In this document: positions 19,637 through 37,530 of the stretch, piece after piece
How the letters are laid out: each line of letters opens with the position of its first letter
Position numbering within the stretch: position 1 is the stretch's first letter
Assembly: GCA_963753345.1 (NCBI GenBank)
Contig: CAVWBU010000041.1
Location: 192,001 to 256,000, forward strand
DNA length: 64,000 nt
Direction: 5' to 3'
DNA from: an uncultured Fibrobacterota bacterium
Lineage (GTDB): Bacteria > Fibrobacterota > Chitinivibrionia > Chitinivibrionales > FEN-1185
Notes under the pieces: model-generated
What the model was told of the DNA's origin: nothing
The model's database searches: none
What the model saw: the letters and a program-made list of their open reading frames with translations, nothing else
Program-made: the position numbers and the translations under genes

Positions 19637-20464
19637 CTACTTCGTTCTGCGGCTGATGATATATTTGCTCGACAGCTTCTTCCTCGTTCTGGTCTTGAGG
19701 CCCTTTGCCTTCTGAGCCCACGGCGACATCGGATGGTTGCCGCCCTTCGACTTCGCCTCGCCACCGCCCATGGGGTGATCCACCGGATTCATGGCGACGC
19801 CGCGCACATGCGGCCTGCGCCCGAGCCAGCGCACGCGTCCCGCCGACCCAAGAACCACGTTCATATGCTCAATGTTACTCACCTGGCCGATAGTGGCCGT
19901 GCAGCGCTCACGCACATTGCGGATCTCGCCCGAGGGGAGGCGCAGCTGGACCATGTTGTTTTCGCGCGCGACTATTTCGGCGTACGATCCCGCGCTGCGG
20001 GCCATCTGGCCGCCCTTGCCCTCCTTGAGCTCAATATTGTGGACCATGGTCCCGGAAGGCATGTTGACAAGCGGCATAGTGTTGCCTTCGGACAGTTCGG
20101 TCGTCTCGCCAGCCATCACCTTCATGTCGGTCTTCATATTTACGGTGGCGAGAATGTAACGCCGCTCGCCGTCGGCATACTTGACAAGAGCGATAAAACA
20201 CGTTCTGTTGGGATCGTACTCTATCGTCTCGACAATACCCGGAATGTCGCGTTTGTTCCTCTTGAAATCGATAATCCGGTAGTACTTCTTCGATCCGCCG
20301 CCCCGGTGCCTCACCGTCATGTGCCCATCGACGTTGCGTCCGCCCATTCGCTTCTTGGAAACGCACAGAGGACCATACGGCGCGTCTGCCGTCAGCTGCG
20401 AAAAATCGAGCGTGGTTTTGTACCGGAGAACCGGTGTCAACGGTCTGTATGTCTTGAGTGCCAT
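19637..20464 (-). CDS. rplB: 50S ribosomal protein L2
   Basis: EYDPNR..RGVAMNPVDHPMGGG. Confidence 0.98.
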   Translation of the reverse strand: MALKTYRPLTPVLRYKTTLDFSQLTADAPYGPLCVSKKRMGGRNVDGHMTVRHRGGGSKKYYRIIDFKRNKRDIPGIVETIEYDPNRTCFIALVKYADGERRYILATVNMKTDMKVMAGETTELSEGNTMPLVNMPSGTMVHNIELKEGKGGQMARSAGSYAEIVARENNMVQLRLPSGEIRNVRERCTATIGQVSNIEHMNVVLGSAGRVRWLGRRPHVRGVAMNPVDHPMGGGEAKSKGGNHPMSPWAQKAKGLKTRTRKKLSSKYIISRRTK

Positions 20465-20512
20465 GCTGGAGCTCCGAAATGAAAACGAAAACGTTGTTCT
20501 TGTTGTTTTTCC

Positions 20513-20601
20513 AACTCACCCTAACACCCCGCCCTTCGGGCACCCCTCTTCCCCTCTCTCGTGAGAGAGGGGAAGAGGGGCCGGGGGTGATGGGGTGAGT
20601 T
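20513..20601. repeat. REP/MITE-like palindromic element, copy A
   Basis: 9-bp terminal IR AACTCACCC/GGGTGAGTT and 18-bp internal IR CCCCTCTTCCCCTCTCTC; abuts the rplW TAA. Confidence 0.85.
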
Positions 20602-20890
20602 ACACCTCGCCGAACTTGCTGATGGTCTGGCCCGCCGCGATGCGCACGATTGCCTTTTTCCAATTGGAACGGTAGCCCGAAGTCCGTCCCTGACGTTTGA
20701 GCTTTCCCTTCACGACCATGGTATTCACGGAAAGCACTTTCACGCCGAAAAGTTTCTCAACGGCCTCCCGTATCTGCGGTTTCGTGGCCGTCGGAAGAAC
20801 CTCAAACACGTACTTGTTCTGCCCGGTTCTCAGCTGGGTGTTCTTTTCGGTGATTGAGGGATGGCGAATGATTGAATGATAGGTGCTCAC
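20600..20890 (-). CDS. rplW: 50S ribosomal protein L23
   Basis: ITEK..KYVFEV..ATKPQIREAVEKLFGVKV..WKKAIV. Confidence 0.96.
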   Translation of the reverse strand: MSTYHSIIRHPSITEKNTQLRTGQNKYVFEVLPTATKPQIREAVEKLFGVKVLSVNTMVVKGKLKRQGRTSGYRSNWKKAIVRIAAGQTISKFGEV

Positions 20891-21516
20891 AGCGCCGCAG
20901 CCTCCTCGATCTTCCTGACGATTTCTTCGGACCCGAACACTATTGCGTCGTTGTTCAGCACATCGTAGGCATTGATTTCAGAAGAAGGTCTCACCGTAAG
21001 GTTACGTATGTTCCTGCCCGAAAGATACACGTTCTTGCTGGCCGGATCGATAACGAGCAGAATGCGCTTCCCGCCGAGCGAAAGGGCGTCGATCATCGAT
21101 GCAATGGTCCGCGTTTTGGGAGCATCGCAGGTGATGCCCGACACCACCGAGATCTTCTCTTCCTTTGCCCGCGAGGACAGGGCCGACGCGAGGGCAATTT
21201 TCCGCAATGTCTTTGGAATCGCACCGTAATAGCTTCTCGGAGAGGGGCCGAAGGCCTTGCCTCCGCGCACCCATAACGGCGAGGTGTTTGATCCCGCGCG
21301 GGCATTTCCCGTGTGCTTCTGCTTCCATGGTTTCCTTCCGCCGCCGCTCACCTCGGACCTGCCCTTTGTCTTGGCGGTGCCCTGGCGCCGGTTCGCGAGA
21401 TACGACTTGACAACCAGGTACATCACCTGTTCGTTGACGTCAGCGTTAAAGACGCCGTCGGCAAGATCGATCTCGCCCTTGACTTTTCCGTCCTGATGAT
21501 AGACTTTTGCTTTCAT
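20887..21516 (-). CDS. rplD: 50S ribosomal protein L4
   Basis: RQGTAKTKGRSEVSGGGRKPWKQKHTGNARAGS. Confidence 0.97.
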   Translation of the reverse strand: MKAKVYHQDGKVKGEIDLADGVFNADVNEQVMYLVVKSYLANRRQGTAKTKGRSEVSGGGRKPWKQKHTGNARAGSNTSPLWVRGGKAFGPSPRSYYGAIPKTLRKIALASALSSRAKEEKISVVSGITCDAPKTRTIASMIDALSLGGKRILLVIDPASKNVYLSGRNIRNLTVRPSSEINAYDVLNNDAIVFGSEEIVRKIEEAAAL

Positions 21517-21540
21517 GGGTGCCGTGCCTTCGCGAAGCTG

Positions 21541-22173
21541 CTATTTCTTGACGATCTTGTTGATAACAACGATTCCTTTATTGGGACCGGGCACCGCGCC
21601 CTTGATGAGAACAAGCCCGGCTTCCTTGTCGAGCGCAACCACCTCAAGGTTCCGGATGGTTACCTGCGCGTTGCCGTAGTGGCCTTCCATGCGCAGACCC
21701 TTCCACACGTGGCCGGGCGTGGTATTGGCGCCGGACGATCCGCGGATGCGGTGCGCCTTGCATCCGTGCGTCTCGCGGCCGCGCTGAAAATTGTGACGCT
21801 TGATGCCGCCCGTAAACCCGCGGCCCTTGGTGATTCCCACGACATTCACAAACTTGACATTCTCAAGAACCTCCACGCCGATCTTCTGCCCGGGGGAAAC
21901 TTTCTCTTCCGGCGAATCCAGGTCAAACTCCCTGATCACCCTTGTGGGCACCGAGTTGCACTTCTTGAAATGACCCAAAAGAGGTTTGTTGACCTTTTTG
22001 TCGGACATGATGTCAAACCCGAGCTGCACCGCGCTGTACCCGTCGCTCGCCGCGGTCTTCACCTGATGCACGACATTTGTTCCGGCCTGAATCACGGTGA
22101 TCGGGATATATCTCCCCGAATCCGGCGAGAACACCTGCGTCATCCCGATTTTCTTTCCAATAATTCCTTGCAT
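21541..22173 (-). CDS. rplC: 50S ribosomal protein L3
   Basis: GKKIGMTQVF..DGYSAVQLG..KGAVPG. Confidence 0.97.
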   Translation of the reverse strand: MQGIIGKKIGMTQVFSPDSGRYIPITVIQAGTNVVHQVKTAASDGYSAVQLGFDIMSDKKVNKPLLGHFKKCNSVPTRVIREFDLDSPEEKVSPGQKIGVEVLENVKFVNVVGITKGRGFTGGIKRHNFQRGRETHGCKAHRIRGSSGANTTPGHVWKGLRMEGHYGNAQVTIRNLEVVALDKEAGLVLIKGAVPGPNKGIVVINKIVKK

Positions 22174-22227
22174 TTTGGTACCCGGTTTACGGTTAATATG
22201 CGACTTGAATCTCGTTTTCGTTTCCGA

Positions 22228-22319
22228 AACCTCACCTCTTCACCCCCGGCCCCTCTTCCCCTCTCCCACGGGGAGAGGGGAAGAGGGGTGCCCGAAGGGC
22301 GGGGAGTTGGGGTGAGGTT
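22228..22319. repeat. REP/MITE-like palindromic element, copy B (inverted relative to A)
   Basis: Terminal IR AACCTCACC/GGTGAGGTT and 18-bp internal IR; abuts the rpsJ TAA. Confidence 0.85.
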
Positions 22320-22626
22320 ACACCTTTATCTCGACGTCGACGCCCGCCGGAAGATCCAGCTTCATAAGCGAATCAACCGTCTGCGGGGTCGATTCAAGAA
22401 TATCGATCAGCCGTTTGTGGATCCGGATTTCGAACTGTTCCCTCGATTTCTTATTGACATGGGGCGACCGCAACACCGTGTAAATCGACTTTTCCGTCGG
22501 CAACGGAATAGGGCCCGAGATTCTTGCGCCCGTTCCCTTGGCGGTGCGCACGATGTCGGACGTCGATTTGTCAAGAATGTTGTGATCGAACGACTTCAAC
22601 CTGATTCTGATTCTTTCGCCCGGCAC
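22318..22626 (-). CDS. rpsJ: 30S ribosomal protein S10
   Basis: [31 protein letters not shown]. Confidence 0.97.
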   Translation of the reverse strand: MPGERIRIRLKSFDHNILDKSTSDIVRTAKGTGARISGPIPLPTEKSIYTVLRSPHVNKKSREQFEIRIHKRLIDILESTPQTVDSLMKLDLPAGVDVEIKV

Positions 22627-22683
22627 GGTTTCTCCTTTGGTACTCTTTATTCTGATGAGAGTTCTTTGTGTTTTCTCGACCTC

Positions 22684-22773
22684 AACTCATCCCTCTACCC
22701 CTGACCCCTCCTCCCCTCTCTCGTGAGAGAGGGGAGGAGGGGTGGCCGTCAGGCCGGGGTGGAAGGGTGAGTT
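22684..22773. repeat. REP/MITE-like palindromic element, copy C
   Basis: Terminal IR AACTCATCC/GGGTGAGTT and 18-bp internal IR with a compensatory change; abuts the fusA TAA. Confidence 0.85.
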
Positions 22774-24856
22774 ACCATATTCTTCCGATGCGTTTGAGAA
22801 CCTCGTCCTGGACCGTCTTGGTTGTCCGCTCGTAATGGTCGAATTGCATTGTGTAAACGGCCCTGCCCTGTGTCAAAGAGCGCAGCATGGTCGCATACCC
22901 GAACATCTCCGACAGCGGCGCCTCGGCATCGATGATCTGCGCGTCGGTGCGCGCCGCAATGCCGCTTATTTTCCCCCGCCGCGCATTGAGATCGTTGATC
23001 ACCGCCCCCATGTAATCGGCAGGCACCACGACCTCGATCTTCATCACCGGCTCCAAAAGCGTCGGCGTGCACTTGACGCATGCCTTTTTAAACGCCATCG
23101 AACCGGCGATCTTGAACGCCATCTCGGTGGAATCGTCCTCGCGGAAGGTCATCCCCTTGAGGATTGTGCGAACACCGGTGAGCGGATACCCCGACATCAC
23201 GCCGCCGCTCGACGTCTCGACAATTCCCTGCTGCGCGGCCTTGACAAATTCTGCAGGAACCGACTTCTCGGCGATCGTGCATCTGAATTCGGTCCCGAGC
23301 GAAGGGTCGATGGGCTCAACGGACAAAACAAGCTTGGCGTACTGGTTCTTGCCGCCGATAAGCTGAGACATCTCAAACGTTTCCGATGCGCCCGCGATAA
23401 CCGTCTCCCGGTAGGAAACCTGCGGTTTCCCAATGTGCGCTTCCACGTTGAATTCGCGCACCAGTCTGTCTATAAGAATCTCCAGGTGAAGCTCTCCCAT
23501 CCCGGAGATGATTGTCTGTCCCGTTTCCTGGTCGACATTAACCGTGCAAGTGGGATCTTCGTCGGCCAACCGCGCCAGGGCGATGTTGAGCCGCTCCTCG
23601 TCGCTCGTGCTCTTGGGTTCTATCGACCGGGATATCACGGTCTGCGGAAACGTCATCCGCTCAAGCGAAATCGGGTGATCGGGATCGCAAATGGTGTCGC
23701 CCGTCGACGTGTCCTTGAGTCCGGCCAGCCCCATGATTTCACCGGCGTGCATGCTCTGCTCAGGTTTGCGCTTGTTTGAATGCATCCGGAAAATCCGGGT
23801 GATGCGCTCCCTTGAATCGGTCCGCGGGTTGAGAAGCGTGCTCTTGAGGTCGATAACGCCGGAATAGGCCCGCGCAAACGCCAGACGCCCGATGTGCGCA
23901 TCAGCAACGATCTTGAACACCAACGCGCAGAACGGTTCGGCGTCATTGGCGTTTCGCACCACCTCGTGGCCGGCCTTGGGATCGAACCCGTGCACAACCG
24001 ACCTGTCCAGCGGACTCGGAAGATAATCCACAATTGCCTCTATCAACTGCTGCACTCCCTTGTTCTTGAAGGATGCACCGCACAGAACGGGGTTGATCTT
24101 TCCCGCCAGAACGCCGGTGCGAATCGCCTTCTTGACAAGTGCTGCATCGGGTTGTTTATCCTCAAGCAACTGATGCATAAGCTCCTCGTCAAAGTCGCAG
24201 ATTGCTTCGAGCATCATGTGCCTGCGTTTCTCCGCTTCCACGACATATGCCTGAGGGATTTCAGACTCGACAACCGTTGCACCGCAATCTTCCTCGCCGT
24301 ACTGATACTGTTTCATCCGGATGAGATCGACAATGCCGGTAAACGTGTCCTCTTTGCCCACCGGCAGTTGGAGAGGAACCGCCACCGAATTCAACTTCTC
24401 CTTCATCATCGCGACCACATTGTTGAAATCGGCACCAGTACGGTCCATTTTGTTCACAAACGCGATTCGGGGAACGTTATACTTGTCGGCCTGTCTCCAG
24501 ACCGTTTCCGACTGAGGTTCCACGCCTCCGACCGAATCGAATATGGCTACTGCGCCATCCAGAACTCTCAAAGAACGCTCTACTTCAATCGTAAAATCGA
24601 CATGCCCGGGAGTATCGATGATGTTGATCCGAACGCCCTTCCACTCGGTGGTGATCGCCGCAGAGGTGATGGTGATTCCCCGCTCACGCTCCTGCTGCAT
24701 CCAGTCCATAACGGTGTTGCCGTCATCGACTTCGCCAATCCGGTGGATAATGCCCGTATAATACAGTATCCGCTCGGTGGTGGTTGTCTTCCCCGCATCG
24801 ATATGGGCCATGATCCCGATATTGCGCACGTTGCCAAGCGAAAATGTCTTTTCCAT
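22772..24856 (-). CDS. fusA: Elongation factor G (divergent domain IV)
   Basis: Start [49 protein letters not shown]; follows rpsG. Confidence 0.95.
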   Translation of the reverse strand: MEKTFSLGNVRNIGIMAHIDAGKTTTTERILYYTGIIHRIGEVDDGNTVMDWMQQERERGITITSAAITTEWKGVRINIIDTPGHVDFTIEVERSLRVLDGAVAIFDSVGGVEPQSETVWRQADKYNVPRIAFVNKMDRTGADFNNVVAMMKEKLNSVAVPLQLPVGKEDTFTGIVDLIRMKQYQYGEEDCGATVVESEIPQAYVVEAEKRRHMMLEAICDFDEELMHQLLEDKQPDAALVKKAIRTGVLAGKINPVLCGASFKNKGVQQLIEAIVDYLPSPLDRSVVHGFDPKAGHEVVRNANDAEPFCALVFKIVADAHIGRLAFARAYSGVIDLKSTLLNPRTDSRERITRIFRMHSNKRKPEQSMHAGEIMGLAGLKDTSTGDTICDPDHPISLERMTFPQTVISRSIEPKSTSDEERLNIALARLADEDPTCTVNVDQETGQTIISGMGELHLEILIDRLVREFNVEAHIGKPQVSYRETVIAGASETFEMSQLIGGKNQYAKLVLSVEPIDPSLGTEFRCTIAEKSVPAEFVKAAQQGIVETSSGGVMSGYPLTGVRTILKGMTFREDDSTEMAFKIAGSMAFKKACVKCTPTLLEPVMKIEVVVPADYMGAVINDLNARRGKISGIAARTDAQIIDAEAPLSEMFGYATMLRSLTQGRAVYTMQFDHYERTTKTVQDEVLKRIGRIW

Positions 24857-24995
24857 AGTTTCCTGCAACCGCCGAACCGTTTTGCGAAGTACCACCGCAC
24901 GTCCCCGCCCCTGCCAGCTTGTCAAAAGCGAAAGACATGCATTCCCGGACTTTAAAAGAACAAAAAGGAGGCACACGCTCCCCGCACGGAAGCGC

Positions 24996-25466
24996 CTACC
25001 ACCTGAATATGACGAATGCCCTGTTTGCCTCGGCCATCTTGTGCGTATCGACCTTCTTGCGCACTGCGCCGCCCTCATTTTTGGACGCCTGAACGAACTC
25101 GTTGGCGAGTTTCTCGGCCATGCTCTTTTCGGTCCGTTCCTTGGCGTACGTGATGATCCACCGGATTGCCAGGGCGGTCCTGCGGTCCTGCGGCACCTCC
25201 ACGGGAACCTGGTAGTTGGCCCCGCCCACCCGCCGCGACTTGACCTCGACCGTCGGCTTGACATTGTCGAGCGCCTTCTTGAAAACGCCCAGGCCGTCCT
25301 GGCTTGTGCGCTGGCCGGCAAGCTCGATCGCATCGTATACCATGGTCTCCGCAAGACGTTTCTTCCCCCGGCGCAGGAGATTGTTGATGAACTGCGTCAC
25401 CAGCACGCTCTTGTATTTCGGGTCGGGAACAAAGTCTTTCCTGTGCGAACTTCTTCGTCGTGACAT
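24996..25466 (-). CDS. rpsG: 30S ribosomal protein S7
   Basis: [25 protein letters not shown]. Confidence 0.97.
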   Translation of the reverse strand: MSRRRSSHRKDFVPDPKYKSVLVTQFINNLLRRGKKRLAETMVYDAIELAGQRTSQDGLGVFKKALDNVKPTVEVKSRRVGGANYQVPVEVPQDRRTALAIRWIITYAKERTEKSMAEKLANEFVQASKNEGGAVRKKVDTHKMAEANRAFVIFRW

Positions 25467-25478
25467 AGTGCGTTGTCC

Positions 25479-25856
25479 CTATTTCTTCTTCGGTTTCTTT
25501 GCGCCGTATTTTGAGCGTCCCCGCCGCCGGTCCTCGACGCCCTGCGTGTCGAGCGCACCGCGGATGATGTGGTACCGAACGCCCGGCACGTCTTTGACGC
25601 GGCCGCCTCTGGTGAGGACGATCGAGTGCTCCTGCAGATTGTGGCCTTCTCCCGGTATGTACGCGTTCACCTCGATATGATTGGTGAGACGGACGCGGGC
25701 CACTTTGCGAAGCGCCGAGTTCGGTTTCTTTGGCGTCGTCGTGAAAACCCGGATGCAAACACCGCGCCGCTGCGGGCATTTCTGCAGAGCGCCTGCCTTG
25801 CTTCGGGAAGAAAGGATCCTTCTCCCATGACGTATCAGCTGACTTATTGTGGGCAC
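25479..25856 (-). CDS. rpsL: 30S ribosomal protein S12
   Basis: [27 protein letters not shown] start. Confidence 0.98.
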   Translation of the reverse strand: MPTISQLIRHGRRILSSRSKAGALQKCPQRRGVCIRVFTTTPKKPNSALRKVARVRLTNHIEVNAYIPGEGHNLQEHSIVLTRGGRVKDVPGVRYHIIRGALDTQGVEDRRRGRSKYGAKKPKKK

Positions 25857-25886
25857 TACCGTCCTCCGGAAAAAGACAATTTTTTG

Positions 25887-25915
25887 AAAATAGTATTTGC
25901 CAACTATTATTACAA
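25887..25915 (-). promoter_or_regulatory. Putative sigma70 promoter for rpsL
   Basis: TTGTAA-17 bp-TATTTT in the AT-rich rpoC-rpsL spacer. Confidence 0.5.
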
Positions 25916-25928
25916 CTCTTCGGCCCGC

Positions 25929-30005
<4,077 letters not shown>

Positions 30006-30046
30006 CAGTAATCCTCCTTCTGGTGTAAAAAGCCCCACTCCATTCG

Positions 30047-33826
<3,780 letters not shown>

Positions 33827-34026
33827 TCGGGTGTCCCCTCAGTTTTTGCGTTGAAGACATCAGCGCGCACAACACACCATATGATGAAAACGCGGAAAGA
33901 AATCCGCATTTCCAATAGCGAGCACGAAACGCTCTTCTGAGCATTCCGTGCCCACGCTGAAAGGAAGAGATTGTTGTATGGATACGAACAACGGGTATCA
34001 GGATTCCTTGGGTGATGAGCGCGTGC

Positions 34027-34413
34027 TCACTTGATTTCAACAACCGCGCCGTTTTCTTCCAACTGTTTCTTGATGCTTTCGGCCTCTGCCTTGGGAATGC
34101 CTTCCTTGACGGCCTTGGGAGCGCCTTCAACAAGGTCCTTCGCCTCTTTGAGGCCGAGTCCGGTCACTGCGCGAACGACTTTGATCACTTGGATCTTCTT
34201 TGCGCCGCCCTCTTTGAGAACAACGGAAAATTCCGTCTGTTCCTCTGCGGGGGCCGCTGCCGCCGCGCCTGCCGCAGGTGCTGCGGCGGCCGCGACCGGT
34301 GCAGCGGCTTTTACGCCGAATTTGTCCTCGATGGCCTTGATCAGATCGCACAGCTCAAGAACAGTCTTGCCGCTGATTGCATCAACCAGTTCCTCATTTG
34401 TTAAAGTCGCCAC
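34027..34413 (-). CDS. rplL: 50S ribosomal protein L7/L12
   Basis: Ala hinge; [19 protein letters not shown]. Confidence 0.97.
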   Translation of the reverse strand: MATLTNEELVDAISGKTVLELCDLIKAIEDKFGVKAAAPVAAAAAPAAGAAAAAPAEEQTEFSVVLKEGGAKKIQVIKVVRAVTGLGLKEAKDLVEGAPKAVKEGIPKAEAESIKKQLEENGAVVEIK

Positions 34414-34465
34414 AGTAATACCTCCGTATCTGATAAGTTAAAGTTTTGGTTTTCAATGACACCCG

Positions 34466-35023
34466 TCAGGATGCCGGGGGTTCCGATTCCTTCTTCCGCC
34501 TTACGGCATCCAGCGTGCCGGCAAACGCGGTAAGCACGCCGTTCAGCGTACCGGCGAACTTTGCCATAGGGGCCTGCAGCACGCCGAGCAACTGCGACAG
34601 CAGCACATCCCGCGAAGGGATGTCCGCAAGCCGCGCCGTGTCTTTCCCGCTGAAGGTGGTGCCGTCGACATAGGCCACCTTCACCGGCAGCAGTTCAATG
34701 TTCTTAATGTCTTTGGCGCATTCTCTCTGGAAGTCCCTGATGATTTTTGCGGGCGCCATGCCTTCCTGATGAGCCACGACAACGCCGATCTGCCCCTTGA
34801 GGAAAGGCGTGAGGTCTTTTTTTCCGCACCGTTCGAACGCGATCCTGGCAAGGGTGTTCTTTACAACGATATATTTCATGCCCTTCTTGCGGATTTCGTT
34901 GCGCAGCTTGGTGATCCTCGCCACATCGATCCTGTTGATGTCGGTGAGATAGATGCCCTTTGCGTCCTTGAATTCCTTTTCCAGGACTTCTATTGTTTTT
35001 GTCCGCTCGGTCCGAGTCTCCAT
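34466..35023 (-). CDS. rplJ: 50S ribosomal protein L10
   Basis: VVKNTLARIA..LADIPSRDVL; between rplA and rplL. Confidence 0.95.
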   Translation of the reverse strand: METRTERTKTIEVLEKEFKDAKGIYLTDINRIDVARITKLRNEIRKKGMKYIVVKNTLARIAFERCGKKDLTPFLKGQIGVVVAHQEGMAPAKIIRDFQRECAKDIKNIELLPVKVAYVDGTTFSGKDTARLADIPSRDVLLSQLLGVLQAPMAKFAGTLNGVLTAFAGTLDAVRRKKESEPPAS

Positions 35024-35104
35024 TGATATGCAACTTTCTTAAAAGTGACGGTGTTCCCTATCCTATTATTATTTCCATCCGTTATAAAATCCGGAGCGCC
35101 CCGG

Positions 35105-35803
35105 TCACGCCTTTGCTTCCACGACCGTGGCGAGCTTAACGCCCTGGCCCATGGTGCTTGTCAAAACCACTTTCTTGAGAAATTGTCCTTTTGCGGACGA
35201 CGGCTTTGCCTTTGAAAGCGCTTCCAGAAAAGCCTTGACGTTCTCGTTCAGTTTTCCCGCTTCAAAGGAAAGTTTGCCGAGCGGCGCGTGCACGATGCCG
35301 CCCTTTTCGGCCCTGAATTCCACTTTCCCCCGCTTGAGTTCCTTGATGGCCTTGCCGATGTCCATGGTGACGGTCCCCACCTTCGGGTTAGGCATGAGGC
35401 CCCGCGTTCCCAGGATCTTTCCGAGCTTTCCGACCACTTTCATCATGTCGGGAGTTGCGATGCATGCGTCAAACTCAAGCCATCCGCCGGTGATCTTCTC
35501 CGCCATATCTTCCGCGCCCACGTAATCGGCCCCGGCGGTCTTGGCCTCTTCGGCCTTCGCGCCCTGGGCGAATGCGAGAATGCGCACTGTTTTTCCGAGA
35601 CCGTTGGGAAGTACCACGGCGCCACGGACATTCTGATCGCTCTTCTTCGGATCAATGCCGAGGTTGATAGCCACCTCGAGCGTTTCGTCGAATTTCGCGG
35701 CCTTGTTTGCCTTGAGAAAATCGATCGCTTCGGAAAGCGAGTATTCCTTTGTTTTGTCGATCTTGGCCCGCGAGGCCTTCCACTTCTTGCCGTGACGTTT
35801 CAT
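35105..35803 (-). CDS. rplA: 50S ribosomal protein L1
   Basis: [26 protein letters not shown]. Confidence 0.97.
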   Translation of the reverse strand: MKRHGKKWKASRAKIDKTKEYSLSEAIDFLKANKAAKFDETLEVAINLGIDPKKSDQNVRGAVVLPNGLGKTVRILAFAQGAKAEEAKTAGADYVGAEDMAEKITGGWLEFDACIATPDMMKVVGKLGKILGTRGLMPNPKVGTVTMDIGKAIKELKRGKVEFRAEKGGIVHAPLGKLSFEAGKLNENVKAFLEALSKAKPSSAKGQFLKKVVLTSTMGQGVKLATVVEAKA

Positions 35804-35832
35804 GTATCCGGTCTCCCTTTGTAAACTTGGCT

Positions 35833-36258
35833 TCAGTCGGCCACGTTGACGCCCATGCTGCGCGCCGTCCCGGCCACCGTCCGCATCGCCGCGTCGAGGC
35901 TTGCCGCATTGAGATCGGGCATCTTGATTTCCGCGATCTTTTTCACCTGTGCCTTGTTGAGGGTCCCCACCTTGTCCTTGTTGGGAACGCCCGACCCTTT
36001 CTCCAGCCCCAACTCCTTGAGAATGAGGACCGACACGGGAGGAGTCTTGGTGATGAACGTGAACGAACGGTCGGAATACACCGTGATGACGGCCGGAATG
36101 ATCATTCCGTTGGCGTCCTTTGTTCTGGCGTTGAACGCCTTGCAGAACTCCATGATGTTGACACCATGCTGACCGAGCGCAGGCCCCACGGGCGGAGCGG
36201 GATTGGCCTGGCCGCCCGGGATCTGCAGCTTTATGATTGCATTTACTTTCTTTGCCAA
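35833..36258 (-). CDS. rplK: 50S ribosomal protein L11
   Basis: [25 protein letters not shown] start. Confidence 0.97.
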   Translation of the reverse strand: MAKKVNAIIKLQIPGGQANPAPPVGPALGQHGVNIMEFCKAFNARTKDANGMIIPAVITVYSDRSFTFITKTPPVSVLILKELGLEKGSGVPNKDKVGTLNKAQVKKIAEIKMPDLNAASLDAAMRTVAGTARSMGVNVAD

Positions 36259-36322
36259 AGGACGTACCCCTTTCGACGTTGATTCGCTATCGCTGCCGAA
36301 TGCCCGCGGTTCTTAGTTTTGG

Positions 36323-36853
36323 TTAGCTGATCGGATTCACGTGCATGAAGTCGACCTCCACGGGCGTCGACCTTCCGAACACGCTCACCATAACCTTGAT
36401 CTTTCCCTTTTCCGGATGAATCTCATCAACCACGCCGTCGAAGTCCTTAAAAGGACCTTCCTTGATCTTCACCGCATCGCCGATTTCGAACGGAACCTCA
36501 GAAATCTGCTGACGCGTGCTTTTCTCGGTCTGGCCGAGGATCCGGTTCACTTCCTCTTCGCGAAGCGGTTGCGGCTTCTTGCCGCCGACGAACCCGGTCA
36601 CCCCGTTTATGTTGCGGATAAAATGCGACGTTTCCTTGTTGAGTTCCATCTCCACGATAATGTAGCTCGGAAAAAATTTGCGCGTTGTCTTGATCTTCTT
36701 GCCGTTCTTGATATGCACGACATCGTGCGTCGGCATGAGCACCTGACCGATCAGGTCTTTCATCTCGCCGGCCGCGATGAGGTCGGTTATGTATTCCTGC
36801 ACCCTGGCTTCCTGACCCGAGTACGTGTGGACGGCATACCAACGTTTTGCCAT
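36323..36853 (-). CDS. nusG: Transcription termination/antitermination factor NusG
   Basis: WYAVHTYSGQE..GVTGFVG..KOW..VFGRSTPVE. Confidence 0.97.
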   Translation of the reverse strand: MAKRWYAVHTYSGQEARVQEYITDLIAAGEMKDLIGQVLMPTHDVVHIKNGKKIKTTRKFFPSYIIVEMELNKETSHFIRNINGVTGFVGGKKPQPLREEEVNRILGQTEKSTRQQISEVPFEIGDAVKIKEGPFKDFDGVVDEIHPEKGKIKVMVSVFGRSTPVEVDFMHVNPIS

Positions 36854-36874
36854 GCAGATTCCTTGAAACTGGTA

Positions 36875-37066
36875 CTAAAGATTTATCCTGAGCAAAAGAC
36901 CCACAAACCGGTTGATCACCTGGTCGCACAGGTAAACGTACACTGCCATGAGGAGGCTGAGAACGATAACAAGCAGCGTGGCGCCGAACAGCTCGTTCCT
37001 GGTGGGCCAGCTCACCTTGAGCATTTCCGCCCGGACGTCTTTGAGGTACTGAATGATTTTCTGCAT
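36875..37066 (-). CDS. secE: Preprotein translocase SecE
   Basis: EMLKVSWPTRNE plus one TM helix, upstream of nusG. Confidence 0.93.
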   Translation of the reverse strand: MQKIIQYLKDVRAEMLKVSWPTRNELFGATLLVIVLSLLMAVYVYLCDQVINRFVGLLLRINL

Positions 37067-37088
37067 TGCTGTTCTCAGTCTGTTGAAT

Positions 37089-37161
37089 CAGGTCTGGAGG
37101 GACTCGAACCCCCAACCAATGGTTTTGGAGACCACTACTCTACCAATTGAGCTACAGACCT
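37089..37161 (-). tRNA. tRNA-Trp (CCA)
   Basis: AGGTCTGTAGCTCAATTGGTAGAG..GTCTCCAAAAC..GTTCGAGTC..CAGACCTG; 3' CCA not encoded. Confidence 0.95.
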
Positions 37162-37295
37162 AATAGGGCCTCACTTCACGACCGAAATCCGACATACTCA
37201 AGACACCGTACTTTTCTGACGGGACACTCCCGGCCATTTTCGATTTCGCATTGATACTCGCACGCAGCAGGGAAACAAAGAGAGGCAATCGGTAC

Positions 37296-37448
37296 TCAAC
37301 GCGCTTCTTTATGAGCCGTACGCTTCCGCTCGAACGGGCAGTATTTTTTTAATTCAAGTCGCTCCGAATGCTTGCGCTTGTTCTTGTACAGCGAATAATT
37401 GTGCCTTTTGCACGATGTGCATTCCAACTGGATGATCTCTCTTGCCAT
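37296..37448 (-). CDS. rpmG: 50S ribosomal protein L33 (not in ORF track)
   Basis: Hand translation MAREIIQLECTSCKRHNYSLYKNKRKHSERLELKKYCPFERKRTAHKEAR. Confidence 0.95.
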   Translation of the reverse strand: MAREIIQLECTSCKRHNYSLYKNKRKHSERLELKKYCPFERKRTAHKEAR

Positions 37449-37530
37449 CTGTACCGCCGATACGTTGTGAACTTGTTACAAAAACGTTGCTGCACGGGTG
37501 TGCCGCAGGGCACACCCGGCCTTTTCTAGG

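Noticed and set aside
20513-22773. Possible CRISPR array from the repeated palindromes
   Set aside because: Copies are dispersed, ~90 bp, with no regular spacers and no cas genes.
24857-25354. Apparent 166 aa N-terminal extension of EF-G overlapping rpsG
   Set aside because: EF-G homology starts at the ATG at 24856; the upstream open frame is low-information and overlaps rpsG out of frame.
35024-35104. L10 leader RNA between rplA and rplJ
   Set aside because: Spacer is only ~80 bp and I cannot see the motif; absence cannot be established without a covariance search.
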